Below, piece by piece: positions 31,996 through 32,000 of a DNA stretch of 32,000 nt. The notes beneath the pieces were generated by a model that was given only the letters and a program-made list of their open reading frames with translations, did not search any database and had not been told where the DNA came from. Location of the stretch: positions 1,740,001-1,772,000 of the forward strand of contig NZ_CP007754.1 in NCBI RefSeq assembly GCF_000757865.1, written 5' to 3'. Positions within the stretch are counted from its first letter, which is position 1. Every line of letters starts with the position of its first letter. The position numbers and the translations under genes are program-made. The DNA comes from Prochlorococcus sp. MIT 0801 (GTDB lineage: Bacteria; Cyanobacteriota; Cyanobacteriia; PCC-6307; Cyanobiaceae).

Positions 31996-32000
31996 GTCTA

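Overview
This window looks like ordinary core chromosome from a low-GC marine picocyanobacterium, most likely a low-light Prochlorococcus marinus (SS120-like). The basis is AT-rich DNA, psaC, ndhS, and a tRNA-Arg(CCU) gene back-to-back with rnpB. I call 34 protein genes, nearly all recognisable housekeeping functions. They are lldD-like (partial), aldose-epimerase-like, alpha/beta hydrolase, CPA2 antiporter, glgP, rnc, ndhS, rimM, manC, glmS, psaC, acpP-fabF, tktA, thiC, ruvB, smpB, lysS, an OmpR-type response regulator, mreBCD, ssb, dedA, ahcY, tsaE, a pfkB kinase, an M20 amidohydrolase, a TPR protein and four small unknowns. RNA features are one tRNA, RNase P RNA and a TPP riboswitch ahead of thiC. 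I found no transposase, integrase, phage gene, CRISPR array, toxin-antitoxin pair or recognisable defence gene, and no duplicated tRNA end marking an island. I therefore do not see a convincing novel system here. The findings are modest local oddities: a 29-bp perfect hairpin built from the thiC 3' end, a 22-bp tandem duplication across the psaC stop codon, TTG starts on psaC and lysS, very tight divergent and overlapping convergent gene pairs, and a few small uncharacterised ORFs.
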